A program made the position numbers and the translations under genes. DNA of 56,567 nt from Trypethelium eluteriae (Eukaryota). Location of the stretch: assembly GCA_051942245.1 (NCBI GenBank), contig JAVECL010000089.1, positions 1 to 56,567 of the forward strand, in the 5' to 3' direction. Shown in pieces: positions 22,152 through 34,698 of the stretch (position 1 is its first letter; each line of letters opens with the position of its first letter). The notes below the pieces were generated by a model, which saw only the letters and a program-made list of their open reading frames with translations, had not been told where the DNA came from and did no database searches.

Positions 22152-23927
22152 CTAGATGCTGAGTGATTCAGCCAAATAGTCAGACCCTACCCCTCCTCCA
22201 AGACCTTGATACTTCTTTGGTCCACCCATGACTTTTGGCCCCTTACCGGCCTGTCGTTGGCGGGGAAGAGGTAGCAACCCGCTTCCGCCATCCACTCTCA
22301 CCGGTGCAGTGCCGTTACCGAGCGCATCAATGGGCTGAGCTACGTCCGGCTGTGTGGAAAATGGGGAGACTTCATCCAGACTACTGATCCTGCCAAGTAA
22401 TAGTTCTAGATGGCGATATGCAGAGCTAGGCTGGAATTCTGGAACCTCATGACCGCTAAGGTCAATGCTGACAAAGGTCAGACCACGCTCAGTACGGAAG
22501 CTCCCATAGACACCGGCACCAGCGGCAGAGCCCAGAACAGCGTCCTCATGGTAAGGAACGTAGAAAGGGAGCGTGGGTGGTTCCGAGAAGCCTTGAGCGC
22601 CATTCCAGGTCAAGTTTTGTAGAGTAAGTAGGCTACCGTTCATGATCAAGACCATGTCAAGCATACCATGGCCGACGATTGTGTTGTTCGTCTTCTCGGT
22701 GACACGAGCGAGAGGACCACCATTGATGCCCGATGGAGGGGAGTTGTCACGGCCATTGACAAAAACATTGCCGTCGGTGCAGATCATCCAATTAGTGTCA
22801 ATTGGGGCATGAATAGCTTGCTTGACGTCAGTACGATTGAAGTAGGGCTGAGAGAAGCCAACAGGGAGGTAGAAATCCGAGTATGGGAACCCCAGAACGT
22901 CCCATGGAATAGGACAAAGCTGGCCAACCTGGTAAATGTCGAAACACGGATTGAGCTCGAAGATGGCTGAAAAGATATCATCGAAGATGTCGCAACCGCT
23001 GGCTGGCTGATTACTGCCTACTCGAGTGCCAGGAACTGGTGGAAGTGGGCCGGGGGGAGGGAATTGCAGACCATTGTTTAGGAAGGCATCATATCCGCAT
23101 GCCTCACTAGCGTTGCGGATCTGAGCTTCAAAAGTGTCATTGAAAGGAAAGAGTTGCTTGTGATATTGCGTAAATGCGTATGCGGGGACTTGTTCGGTTA
23201 TGCCGTCGTAGCCGATACTGGGATCGTAGACAATGATTCCATTCACGTTAAAGTACGTTGAATCATTCTGACTCAACATAGCATCTGCGATATAGGGAAC
23301 ATATTGGCCTGCATAGCTTTCTCCCGTGACATAGACCTTTCTGTTTTGGAGCTGAAACAAGTTCATAAAATTTTTCCAGAAGGGTAGGAATTGGTTGGCA
23401 ACGTCGACTTCATTGGTAGCATTGGCGGTGCCTGGACTGTAACCAGTACCGACTGGCTGCTCAACCCAGACAACGTTTGTTAGATTTGTCCAAGAATAGG
23501 TGTTGGGAACAGGGAGATAAGTGCCTGGCTGCCAGATTGCTGGCCCATTTTCATGAAAGAAACCATCCAAGCTGGAACAACCCGGCCCGCCATTAAGCCA
23601 GAGGGTTATCTCGTCGGTGGCATTTGGGTTCGTGGACGGAACAAACCAGAAGAAGAGCTCTTTTCCAGTTTCATCAATAGGTAGTAGGCCTGCATATGAT
23701 TCACCAATGTCAAAATTAACGTCCGGCAATCCAGACCCATTTACTGCATATTTAGCTGTCATATTATTCAAATATGGCGAGCTGGCTTGTCTGGGTAAAT
23801 TGAAATGCTCCATTCTCATCGGTTGTACTGATCGCTTGTCATACTTTTGCTTGGAGCGCAAAGCAGTCCGAGCATCAACACTGAGAATGGCAGCGCTCAA
23901 AGCTGCAGTCAGAGAAAGAAAGTGCAT
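22152..23927 (-). CDS. Secreted serine carboxypeptidase (peptidase S10, CpdS-like), intronless
   Basis: Signal peptide and KR site. WLNGGPGCSS, EQPVGTGYS, GESYAG, catalytic Asp (GMLD) and GHEVPEFQP. Confidence 0.95.
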   Translation of the reverse strand: MHFLSLTAALSAAILSVDARTALRSKQKYDKRSVQPMRMEHFNLPRQASSPYLNNMTAKYAVNGSGLPDVNFDIGESYAGLLPIDETGKELFFWFVPSTNPNATDEITLWLNGGPGCSSLDGFFHENGPAIWQPGTYLPVPNTYSWTNLTNVVWVEQPVGTGYSPGTANATNEVDVANQFLPFWKNFMNLFQLQNRKVYVTGESYAGQYVPYIADAMLSQNDSTYFNVNGIIVYDPSIGYDGITEQVPAYAFTQYHKQLFPFNDTFEAQIRNASEACGYDAFLNNGLQFPPPGPLPPVPGTRVGSNQPASGCDIFDDIFSAIFELNPCFDIYQVGQLCPIPWDVLGFPYSDFYLPVGFSQPYFNRTDVKQAIHAPIDTNWMICTDGNVFVNGRDNSPPSGINGGPLARVTEKTNNTIVGHGMLDMVLIMNGSLLTLQNLTWNGAQGFSEPPTLPFYVPYHEDAVLGSAAGAGVYGSFRTERGLTFVSIDLSGHEVPEFQPSSAYRHLELLLGRISSLDEVSPFSTQPDVAQPIDALGNGTAPVRVDGGSGLLPLPRQRQAGKGPKVMGGPKKYQGLGGGVGSDYLAESLSI

Positions 23928-24781
23928 CTCGACTTTGGACAGACCGTCGGAAAAGAGAAATAGTGAATAAAAACTAGAGGTTTGAGGAGTAAGGAGACAG
24001 GTGCAGTCCTCTAGCCTACGAATGTCGGCTGGTGGTTAATATAAGCGTGCTTGTGGGAGATTGAAAATGACATAACGCAAGCAACGCGAGATACTGCGCC
24101 ATGGCGGTTCATGGGACCTACCAATCAACTTGAAATAGCAGGGCCTGTCGATTGCAGAAAGAGGCAGCTGCTAGGGTAGAACCTGGTCCGATGTCATGCA
24201 AGGTCCAGCATAAGAGCATTTAGTCACTGTGGCCAAGAAAGAAAACGAACAAGCAACGAAACATCCGACCTATCTTTGAGGGATCCGCAAAGTTGATAGC
24301 AGGATGCACGCGCTTCACAAAAATGGGATGGGGGCAGATTCACTCTATGGGCAATGAGATATCAGTACAGGGCCAGCCACCAAAGTTGGCATCGATCTGC
24401 TTCCAGTGGTTTCAGGGTCGAAGTCAGCCTGGGAAAGTGCTGCTCAGTGACTGGCACCTCTGCTCAAATGCCAAGGCGGTCCCATCTAGGGTTGTATTCT
24501 TTCTGGCAGTCGGATCTCATCAGCTAAGCTCAAGTAGGCATGTGGCAGGAGAGAGGCCAAGAGGTGCCTGGGCGTTGAGGAACCTGTCGATCGAAGAAAA
24601 ATGAGGGACAGACGGAAAGGTAGCATGGCACGTGAGCGAGTGGAGACGGAACGCTTATCGACAACAGGGATTACGTCATCGTTGTCGGCCCAAGCACTCC
24701 GATTGCTCCGATAACTCACGCATTGAGAATTTTATGAGCATGGCCAGCAGTCAGTTTTGATGGAACACCCCTCTCATTACG

Positions 24782-25813
24782 ATGTCGACTCGCCGAGAGC
24801 GCGGATGGCTTGACGCAGATCAGAGCGGTGAAGACACTGAATATGGCTACGACTCTGACGCCGAGGCAGACTCTAGAGGTACCGCTCTGAGAGCACGACC
24901 CTCGAAACGACGGAGGTTGAGCGTTTATTCGGACGAGGAATCTGTTGGAAACGAGGATGAGAATCAGAACAGAACTCCTTCCCCACCAAATGCGCTACTT
25001 TCACGAGCGAACGCCAATGCTAAGGCTACTACTTCAAGAGATCACGCCGACGACAGTATCCTTCCGGGTGACATGTCAGCCTCTCCAAAACTCCACAAAC
25101 TTCCTGCTCTCGCCACAAAAAGACTGGAAGCTAGGCGTGACAAGGTGAAAAAGACTGGTGTCATATATCTCACTCGTATTCCTCCCTTCATGAAGCCTGC
25201 GACTGTTAAGCACCTCTTGCAACCATATGGAGAGATCGGTCGCATTTTCCTCACTCCGGAAGACTCCGTCACCCACACACGACGTGTAAAAGCAGGAGGC
25301 AACAAAAAACGATCGTTTATCGATGGCTGGGTGGAATTTCAGTCGAAGAAGGACGCCAAAATCGTCGCGGACACGCTTAATGCAACCATTATTGGTGGCA
25401 AAAAAGGAGGCTGGTATCATGATGATGTGTGGAATCTCAAATATTTGACAGGATTCAAATGGCATCATTTGACTGAGCAGATTGCCAACGAGAACGCCGA
25501 AAGGGCCGCAAGACTACGGGTAGAGATTGCCCAAACAACAAGGGAAAACAAGAACTTCCTTCAGAATGTGGAGCAGGCAAAGATGCTGCAAGGCATGGAA
25601 GCGAAAAAAAATCGGAAGCGAAAGAGTCTAGATCTCAATGCACTCACGCCGGGGGAAGGCGACATGGATACATCCGATCCGCAGAGACAAGCGAACGGCA
25701 AACTAGTTGAGAGAGACTTCAAGCAAAACGAGGTGTTACTAAAGGGCATGAGAGGCATGCGCAAGGAAGACCAATCCGAAGACATTAATCGTGTCCTGAG
25801 TAAAATATTCTGA
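24782..25813 (+). CDS. ESF2: Pre-rRNA processing protein Esf2/ABT1
   Basis: Acidic N-terminus. KTGVIYLTRIPPFMKP, GWVEF--KK-AK, IIGGKK---YHDDVWNLKYL-GFKW--LTEQIA-EN. Confidence 0.95.
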   Translation: MSTRRERGWLDADQSGEDTEYGYDSDAEADSRGTALRARPSKRRRLSVYSDEESVGNEDENQNRTPSPPNALLSRANANAKATTSRDHADDSILPGDMSASPKLHKLPALATKRLEARRDKVKKTGVIYLTRIPPFMKPATVKHLLQPYGEIGRIFLTPEDSVTHTRRVKAGGNKKRSFIDGWVEFQSKKDAKIVADTLNATIIGGKKGGWYHDDVWNLKYLTGFKWHHLTEQIANENAERAARLRVEIAQTTRENKNFLQNVEQAKMLQGMEAKKNRKRKSLDLNALTPGEGDMDTSDPQRQANGKLVERDFKQNEVLLKGMRGMRKEDQSEDINRVLSKIF

Positions 25814-26460
25814 ACGAGACCATTACGTGATATCGTATGCTCACCAGTGATGGTGGCACGATTTCTTTTGCTCTATAGTCAAAACAAGAACTTGCTCTCT
25901 CTGACGGGTAACTTGAAGTTAGGATAGCTTCTGTCTTTCGGAATATTGACTTTGCGAATCTTTAGATTGCTGGATGTGGCATGCATAAAGTACGGAACTT
26001 TCCAGGCCAGACTTTTGGATGCTCTGCAGGAACTAGAGCACCGCCACGTAATATTCGTTGCTCCATCCGGCCGAGATCACAGATCATGGATTTCCAGCTA
26101 TGAAGTTTGAAACCACTGGATTAGCTTCCAGCGCCAAGAAGTTCTATAGGTACCTAGGCTTTGAGCTTTGCCATTTCAGGCCGAACGAAGGGTTGCCAAA
26201 AAAAAAAGGTTCAATCTTCATCCCTGCCGCAATGTTATCTTGAAAGAGATTTTGACCTTTAAGCAGATTCCCAGAATGGAGGATATGCTGTACCAAGAGT
26301 ATAATGGCATTCTTATGTTTCGAACATTTTTCGGTCATGGTACTTGTCATTCAGAGTGATCAGGGTCGCATCATCTTTTGACGAGAACGACAGAACGGTC
26401 ATTAGAAGTTAGCGCCCTGAAGTTCCTATCTGATTACCTTAGTCGCGGTACGGTCCATAA

Positions 26461-27184
26461 GCGGGGGCGGGGCTATGGGAGTGTGCCTGCGGCGTATCAT
26501 GACACCTCATATCCTCGGGCATACCCCACTTCATCCTAAAATTGGGGTCAAGGGGAATTATTTTGATCAAGTCGGCTTAGGGCTGAGGCGTTGAGCTGCC
26601 ACCTCCGCCCTGTTCTAGGCCTACGATTAGGAATTGGATACGTGATTGGGACAAACGGCGCTAGACGTATTCATGCCGGTACCAATCATGGTTGTTTACA
26701 TAGTGGCCGCAATTGAACATGAGGGAAGCGAAACGAGCTTTCCCCGCACACGACAGTTGCAGTAGTGTCCGAGACGTGAGCGGAGCAACCTCTGCAAGCA
26801 GCTAATCATGGCATCTATCTTGCCTACCTAGCATCCCGTCTCGACCCGCATGAGGTCACAAAAAAAAAGAAAAAGAAAGAAAGTGCTACTGGATTAGCCT
26901 CGCCAGCCCCTATTGATTGGATACAAGGCTAAGGATAGTAGTGTATGTTTGTCTAGCACAACTTCAATAGAATGCTAATGCCAGGCCATGGATGCCTCAC
27001 GGACGACAGGCAAGTGGGGAATTCCGTTGGTGTTTTGAAAAGCTGCTTAGCTTTCCTATCGTCGTAAGATATCCAAGCAGCAGCCGGAAGACGGCGAGTC
27101 TAGGCAGCGCCTCTGATCATGGCTATGTGGGGTAGATGATCTTGATGTAGGGGGTACGACTTCAAATCGATCGATCTATTTAAG
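26461..27184. promoter_or_regulatory. ADH1 upstream region with clustered SYGGRG (CreA/Mig1-type) sites and a TATA-like TATTTAA
   Basis: SYGGRG matches on either strand at 26461, 26467, 26524, 26603, 26742, 26780, 27014 and 27127. CCAAT boxes near 26645, 26682 and 26915. Confidence 0.4.
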
Positions 27185-27317
27185 GTTGCTGATTCTTCCT
27201 CATCTTAGTATGCAATCTCGTTCTTGATCAATCACCTCTGGAAGCCTTTCTCGGAACTACTTCTCCAAACTATACGCTCGATCCACCGCATTCTACGGTA
27301 TTTCTCGGAAACTGAAT

Positions 27318-28606
27318 ATGGCTCAGGACATCCCCAAAGAACAATGGGCACAGGTAGACGAGTCCCAGTCCCCCTACATGAATTGGCACTGACGAGTAAA
27401 CTTAGGTCATCGAGAAGACTGGTGGACCAGTCGAATACAAGAAGATACCCGTCCAGCAACCGGGTCCCGATGAGGTTCTCGTCAATATCAAATACTCTGG
27501 TGTCTGTCACACGGATCTCCACGCTGTCAACGGTGACTGGCCCTTGCCTACGAAGCTACCCCTTGTGGGAGGTCATGAGGGTGCCGGGGTCGTCGTCGCG
27601 AAGGGCAACCTCGTAGAAGATATCCAGATAGGAGATCATGCTGGTGTTAAGGTTGATGGACTATGTCACCTGCTAATAATGTGTTGATGCTAAGTCGATC
27701 AACAACAGTGGATCAACGGCACCTGCCTGCAATGTGACTTCTGTCAACAATCGGACGAACCTCTCTGCCCAAAAGCACTCCTGTCTGGCTATACTGTTGA
27801 TGGTAGCTTTCAGCAGTACTGCATCGCGAAGGCCGCTCATGTCGCCCGGATTCCTAAAGATGTTCCCCTTGATGCAGTCTCGCCTGTCCTTTGCGCCGGT
27901 ATCACTGTCTACAAGGGTCTGAAGGAGTCGGGGGCGAGACCAGGTCAGACCGTTGCTATTGTCGGTGCTGGTGGCGGTCTCGGAAGTTTGGCCCAACAAT
28001 ACGCAAAGGTAGGTGGTTTTCAACTCAACACCCATCTCTCACATTGGAAGCTAACGGCGCTTGCAACAATAGGCGATGGGTCTCCAGATCATTGCAATCG
28101 ACACTGGAGACGAGAAGAAGAAAATGTGTGAAGAGCTAGGTTCTCGTGCGTTCGTAGACTTCGCAAAAAGCCAAAATGTCGTCAAAGACGTTCAGGCCGC
28201 AACCGAGGATGGTCTTGGCCCTCATGCCGTTATCTTGGTGGCCGTAGCTGAGAAACCGTTCCAACAAGCTGCTGAGGTAGGCTCCACCAGTCATTACATG
28301 TTCAGATCTTTACATTGCTAATCAACTGAATAGTACGTCAGACCCCGTGGTACAGTCATTTGTATCGGTCTCCCTGCAGGCGCTAAACTTTCTGCTCCTG
28401 TCTTTGAGTCAGTTATCAAGATGGTCTGCATCCGCGGCTCCTACGTTGGTAACCGCAAGGACACAGCAGAAGCACTTGAGTTCTTCCGTCGGGGGGTCAT
28501 CAAATCTCCCTTCAAGGTTATTGGGCTGAGCGAATTGCAAAAGGTGTATGATATGATGCACCAAGGTCAGATTGCGGGTCGGTACGTGGTCGATACAAGC
28601 AAATAG
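27318..28606 (+). CDS. ADH1: Zinc-dependent alcohol dehydrogenase 1; introns 27354-27405, 27652-27708, 28009-28072, 28277-28333
   Basis: [16 protein letters not shown], structural Zn C-xx-C-xx-C-x7-[42 protein letters not shown]. Confidence 0.95.
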
Positions 28607-28713
28607 ATCAATTTGTCATGGCTTGCGGAATGGGTATCTTCGTATCTAAGAAGCGTCATGAGTACATGGAAAAAAAATCTTTGTCGACGTTGACATCCAA
28701 ATAGTCCGTGGAA

Positions 28714-29701
28714 TCACCGTTTCTTTGTCTGCGCTGCTTCTCTGTTCTCGACAATATCGTCAAGTAGATTTCTTGCCTTCTGTTCTCGCTTTTCCAAGGG
28801 CGAGTTGTATATTGGCCATAGTATTCTTTTCGAGTCTTTAATCACATGTCAGCTGGCCCGTTGTACAAACGAATGGAACGAAGCCATGATACTTACTAGC
28901 GTGCTCCTCATTGAACTCAATACCATCACCACCTCTTTCTTCGACCAGACCGACTGCCTCTTCCAAAAGTCCGCTTCCTACACCCTTTCCCCTGTACTTG
29001 AGTTTCACCGTCCAAGCTCGGATACTCGCTCGACCAACCTTTTTCCTTCGCCCCTTGCCTTCGCCGACCACCCATTCCAACACCAAAGCCCCAATGACCT
29101 CTTCGCCAAATTTTGTGACAAGGACGTCTCGTGCATTTGCACCTCCACCCCCACTCCTGCTTCTCGTATGCGAAGCGGTTTGACCCACCTCTCCGTCGCT
29201 ACACTCAGCAGGCGTTCCACCGACAAAATCCCATTTCATTGATTCTGCCTCCTCGATGTACTTACCAGTCACCGCCCTGACGCCGAGGAGGGCTGCCATA
29301 GTAAATCCCGCCCATGTTGTGCCTACCAACGCCGTATCAGCACCGAGCCACCGCGCATCGCCTGAGCCTCGATACCGCAAGACTAGCTGGGCGATGACAG
29401 CGAGGCAGGTCCCAAAGAGAGCGAGATTGAGCGGATGGAAAATGAGGATGCGGGAAGCGAATTGACGTTGTTGGGCGACGCTGTCGGCGACGAGTTTTAA
29501 TGCAGCGAGCTTATCTTCGGAGGACTTGGCGAGGGCAGTGGTGAGTGGAGGCACACCCACCAACGGGTCAACAGCAATGGTGGAGGGTTCGGGGGTTGTA
29601 GTGGACCTGTAGTCTTCCTCGGGGGCGGCGAGAGCGGAGGCGAGAGGCGATGGCGGAGGGAGAGAAGAAGTAGATCCGCGCATGGAAGGAGGCGTGGACA
29701 T
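28714..29701 (-). CDS. GNAT-family acetyltransferase with two N-terminal TM segments; intron 28836-28896
   Basis: DSVAQQRQ, two hydrophobic segments, and the acetyl-CoA motif IRAWTV-LKYRGKGVG-GLLEEAV. The spliced C-terminus reads HANSKRILWPIYN...KKR*. Confidence 0.85.
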
Positions 29702-32436
29702 AGGAGAAGGGACGTCGTAGTGTAGACTGAGATTGGTGCGAAGGGAGGAGAAGAAAGCTATGCAGAATCACTTGTTAGACAATCTTTCCGACTCCATTTC
29801 TCATCCAGTGCGACGCTTCCAAACAATAGCACCGATAAGCAAAGCGACTTGAGCTTTCAGTCTTTTAAACGTCCGCAACATATATGGACAGTACTTACTC
29901 GTCGAAGACTTGAAGCCAGGAATTCTATCGCTCACTGCTCTTGCCGGCAATCGTAGTTGGGGCGGTTCCGATTGAAGCAGGTCGAAAGACCGGACCATTG
30001 TCAAGAATGCAGGGCTAAGCGGCTATTCGTCACAGTCGGAGGTTCAGGGTTCCCAAGAGGGAAAGTAGCTCGCATTGACTGAGGATAATGGCCGAATCCG
30101 TATCAATTTGTCGGCATCAGAACCAAAAACAGTCTCTGCTTCCGCAATACATTGGCACGCCCTGGAGAAGGCCGAAATGACATTGAAGGGTCGCGGGGAG
30201 AGATAGAGAGGAAAACGTGAAAAGGTGTTGCAAGCTCACATGGTCGCTATCGCTGATCGGTTTCGCGTAGGATTGGTCCATGGCCGAACCGTAACGGCTG
30301 CTATCAGATTGCGACGACTCGCGGGAGACAATTTCTTGGCATTGGACGGGGGGCAATCACGACATGCTCGCATCGAAGGTTTTGAGACCTTAGGAAGTTT
30401 GAGAACTGGTACAAGGGGCGGGATGAACGCGGATGATACCTTTGAGTCCCTACCCTAAAGCTCTTATGGCCTTATCGACGGCAGTCGCAAGTTGGGTGGT
30501 GTCTTCTCTCTGAAACGGCAGCCACTATATCGTACATAACTCCTGCTGTACACTACTCCGTAGTGCGTTTAGATACAGGGCCCTGCTACCTAGCTGGCAG
30601 CAAGCATTGACTCCATTGCGCGTTCAAACTCTCCAGTCTGAGCTTTGCGTATGGAGAACACTACTGATACTACTGTCGTGCTACAATTGGGAGATATCAT
30701 TCAACGTCATTCGAAGTCATTCGAATCTGCCTTCTTCGCTGGCGAACCATCGCATCCCGTCACATGAAACATTTTGACTTCCCGGTATGCAATAGCGAAT
30801 GCTTTCAAGCCACTGCTTTGCATAGGTATGTATCATGGTCTTGTGAATGTCCGTAATATTCTCGTAATAGCAACTTCGTCTGCTATCATGCATTTAATCG
30901 CCGTACTGCGTGCAGTGCATTCTACTCGCTTGGACATTAACTTAGGTAGTTTAGAGCATCAATCAACATGACCCTTCCCATTTGAGACTCGAACAATCAA
31001 GATAGCTCGATTGAGATACGACAAGCAATATGCATTGCGCAATTTGGGGCCGCCCTGTCTTGAATGGAGACGACTGTGATAATCCAAAATGGATCAAGCA
31101 CGCACTTATTCTCAACAATCCTATGAGTCACGAGTGTAAACAAAACCTCTGAATGCACCGGATCTGAAATTACGAGACTACTGTAGGACTACACCCAGAA
31201 GACATACACTAAACTCCAGCATACACAGAGACTGCCGTGCGATTCAAAACTTACGATTCAGATGGACCTATTCAGCTTTACTACGAGGACACAGGGATGT
31301 TTCCTGGAGCAAATCTATTTTCTATTCAAACCCATCAGTCACGTCAATTAACCCTCATACACTTTCTCGAAAGCCAGTCACAGCTCTTGGGGCCTGCTAA
31401 GGCGTTCTTTCCAGGTCTCAGATCCCACCTAGGTGTGGAAAAAGCTGCATCAAGAGCTTTCAGTCCGTCCACTAGCCTAGGAAGACACCTCCAAACCAGG
31501 TGGCCGCTTCGGGGGCGTACTAACCAGTCTTCGCAGCTGATGCTGTATGCGAAGGCTAATTGAGCATACAGTATATGCCTCTGAGACGTCGAAATCAAGC
31601 CCAGTGGTACGTGTGCCTCGACTCGCATGGGGTCATGACCGGAGCTGCCTCTCTAATCTTTCCTTTACCTTGAAATGCGTCAGGTTTGCTTATCACCAAC
31701 CCATTGGTGCGACTGCGGTTGACTGTCATAATAGCCACTTCGCTTAACCCTGACAGAGGAGACGATGGCATGAAGGCCTAGTGATGATTTGGTGACTCAA
31801 AGGTAAGGTTACCATTGAACCTCAGTAGGCTTTCAATCTTGCATGCCAAAGTGAGTGAAGTCAGGCTAGAACAATCGTTCAGGACAAGTCCAGTGAGTAT
31901 AGCTTGGACCTCACGAAACCACTACCCGGAGTTATATATCCTACTCCCTACATGTATCCAATTCTGGCGAAGTCGCGAAAATGGCAGTGTCCTCATTAGC
32001 TGTTCTTTACTCTTTCCAGTATCAATTGTCTCCCTGGGCGACAAAGTTGAGAGTATTGATACCATTCTCGAGAAGAATGGCTGTGCTACTGTAAAGACGT
32101 GCATACGATCAGGAGCTACCTATGTCAGAAATAATGCGGCCACAAATGGAAGGCTATATTCTGTCCATTGTGCTCGTCGGGGTGATCCTACGTTCCTGTA
32201 TGATATCCAAAAGATATACCCGACTGATCCGCAAATACTTGCAAACATCACTGCAGTTCAGACGCCATCGTATGTATATCACGACGCGTCAGAGCTCTTC
32301 ACCAGCCCTATCAACGCTGGGTACATCCTGAATACGCCTTGAATGCCGCTCTATAACAAAATGGAGGCGTCCCCGCTCATAGATGTAATATAGCCGCTTT
32401 AGAAAATATGGAGATCAATGATCCGTACCTGAATCC

Positions 32437-33641
32437 CTACACCTCGCCTCCAAGATCTTTCTCCAAGGCAGCTAATCTCTCCTCTTCATTCCGTTGTCTC
32501 GCCATCTCTGTCTCCCTCCTTAGAGCCTCCAGGTTCCACGCCCCTCTGTCACCCTCATCATCCTCATCTTCACTCTCTTCCCATCCGCCTTGCTCAAAGA
32601 GAGCCTTGCCTGTAGCCTCTTTTTGTTGTTTTGCCTGCTCCTCAGCAGCCTTTTTGTCAAGACGCTCTTTCTTCCATTTAGCAAAGCTTTCAGGATTGAC
32701 GGGAGTAAGGTTTCTGTTGCCAAAAAGCTTAGAGCGTTCGGATTCAAGGAAGTCTTCAAGTGTAAGATTATTGATAGGTGATTTGTCTGCAAGCGCTTTT
32801 TCGATGGCGCGCTGTTCTTTGGTTTTGAGGACAAAACTATTTGAGGCTCAACGTTAGCTTGGGTGCCCAAAGACATGCATCGGCAACACTCTTCGCTCGG
32901 TGCAGCCAACACACCATGAGACTTCTGGACGTACCCTGGTGGTAGTTTATGTTGATACATGCACTTGTCTCCTCCATTTGGACAAGTCCAGAACCAGCCA
33001 TATTTCTGGTTCTCGACCGCATCAATGAAGAATTTACAGACTTTGTCAGTCGTCGTCTTTGGATTGCCGTATTTGGAAAGTACCACACTTCTTAACTTCT
33101 CTTCATCCCAGTCCTCCATAGTGTCCTTCTTCTTATCATTCTCTCCACCATCATCACTGTCGTCCTCTCGAGTATCCGTGTAGAGGGACTTCTTTTCACT
33201 CTTACGTTCGATAGCTAGGTCGTGGCTAAACTTACATTTCTTCCCTATCAAAGGATCAGGTGAGTCATACAGTGGTAGAAATAAGCTATCAATGGATTGC
33301 CAGTATGATTTGAGCCTACCTTTCTCACAGGCACCCTTCTTATGGAACTGGCACAACACGGTTTTTGGATCGACGCCAAATGGTACTTTTTGTGTCTGCA
33401 CTGGTTTGAATAGATCTGCCGTCTCCTTCCTTGCCTCTTCTGCTGCCTTTTTGTCCTTCTCTCGCTGCAGTTTCTCTGCCTCTTTGCGCTTCTGATCCGC
33501 ACTCTTATTTGACGAGGCACTAGCTTGCATCTGTTTGATTTGCTTTTGTGCAGCGCCACCTTTCTTGTTCTTCATGCCAAAAGACTTGTCTACATTGGCT
33601 TTATCGCTTTTCGGCTTATTCTGATCTTTATTGGGTGCCAT
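32437..33641 (-). CDS. TMA46: Translation machinery-associated protein 46 (ZC3H15/DFRP1); introns 33245-33319 and 32837-32934
   Basis: [25 protein letters not shown], two CCCH fingers, [48 protein letters not shown]. Confidence 0.95.
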
Positions 33642-34128
33642 GGTTGGTAAACTTTGGTAGGGAATTCGGGAGGCGGGGCTGTTTAATGAATTGCGATGTT
33701 TCTAGAGAGCACGAAGGATGCGACCGAAGTAGCCGTTACAATGAGTATTGTGGTTTGATGAGTTTCTCGAATCCCACCTGATCGAGCATCGAGGAAGGGT
33801 GAGGCTGTCGTGGTAGATACGGAAATTTCTCGACTTTGAGATTCTGTGTCATAGGCCAAGAGGCGCTGTGGGGTCATCGAGCTACCTACGTGACCTTACG
33901 TAAGCGTCTCGGCGCTTTTTGCTGGCAAGACAGGTATGCTTAACACAGTCGCATAGTGCCACCATCCAGACAATCTACTGGCCGTTGACCAACCCCGAAT
34001 TTGCCTGTTAGTTCGTCTGTCTGATACAGAACAGTATGGAACTCCGACTTCATCTCTCATACTGTATCTCATTGATCCTCAAATTTTAGTCGTCGATCGC
34101 GAGACCCGGCCTCGAAGCTCCATACAAG

Positions 34129-34287
34129 ATGATTTCCGACGGAACCCTCTACAATCTGGCACTCCTCCTCGGCAGCGCTTCTATGCTTCTAATAGTCGCA
34201 TATCATTTCCTCGAGGTCAACGCTGTAGATGCAGACTCGCTATCGAATGAGCGGAAAGCCGATGTCATGCCAGCAAAAGCGAAATGA
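34129..34287 (+). CDS. OST4: Oligosaccharyltransferase subunit Ost4 (52 aa)
   Basis: MISDGTLYNLALLLGSASMLLIVAYHFLEVNA... matches the Ost4 signature MISD--L--LA--LG---M-LIV-YH. Below the ORF-track length cutoff. Confidence 0.92.
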   Translation: MISDGTLYNLALLLGSASMLLIVAYHFLEVNAVDADSLSNERKADVMPAKAK

Positions 34288-34698
34288 ACACGAATTAGCT
34301 AGGACTTATATGACGACAGCAATCCAGGTTGCGGGGCCCAAGACAAATTTCTGTCTGTACGATACCGGTGGCATTGTGGAAGCTGGAAGTTGGGACGGCA
34401 CACTTTGAGCAAGCTGGTTTGTGCGAAGTTTTACGATGTATTATACCTACATTGCCGGAAGAGGTTCAATACCCGCATTCTCAGGGACGGTCAAGATCTA
34501 CCAGAATGGTTGCGAGTGACCAACTGGTCTGAAATCCAAGCTTTTCAGCTTTGCATTTTGTATTTTGTCATTATACAAGGGTATCATGTAAATGATACGC
34601 ACGACTCGATTTGCTTCATGGTCTTTCCCACGCTATCAACCCCCCTGCCGTGGCAGCTTTCATCGACTGGCTTGAGTCATTACCTGCCGCTTTCGTAG

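Noticed and set aside
26058..26359. Short ORFs with FYRYLGF (GNAT-like)
   Set aside because: A single short motif, with the frame broken at a poly-A run; insufficient evidence.
31815..32342. 175-aa ORF convergent with TMA46
   Set aside because: TTG start and no family motif recognised. Could be a relic, but BLASTX is needed to say so.
32408..32857. 149-aa plus-strand ORF, and similar long antisense/alternate ORFs over ATP25, the kinase, PIR repeats and PhyH
   Set aside because: Shadow ORFs of real genes, arising from codon bias or the repeats.
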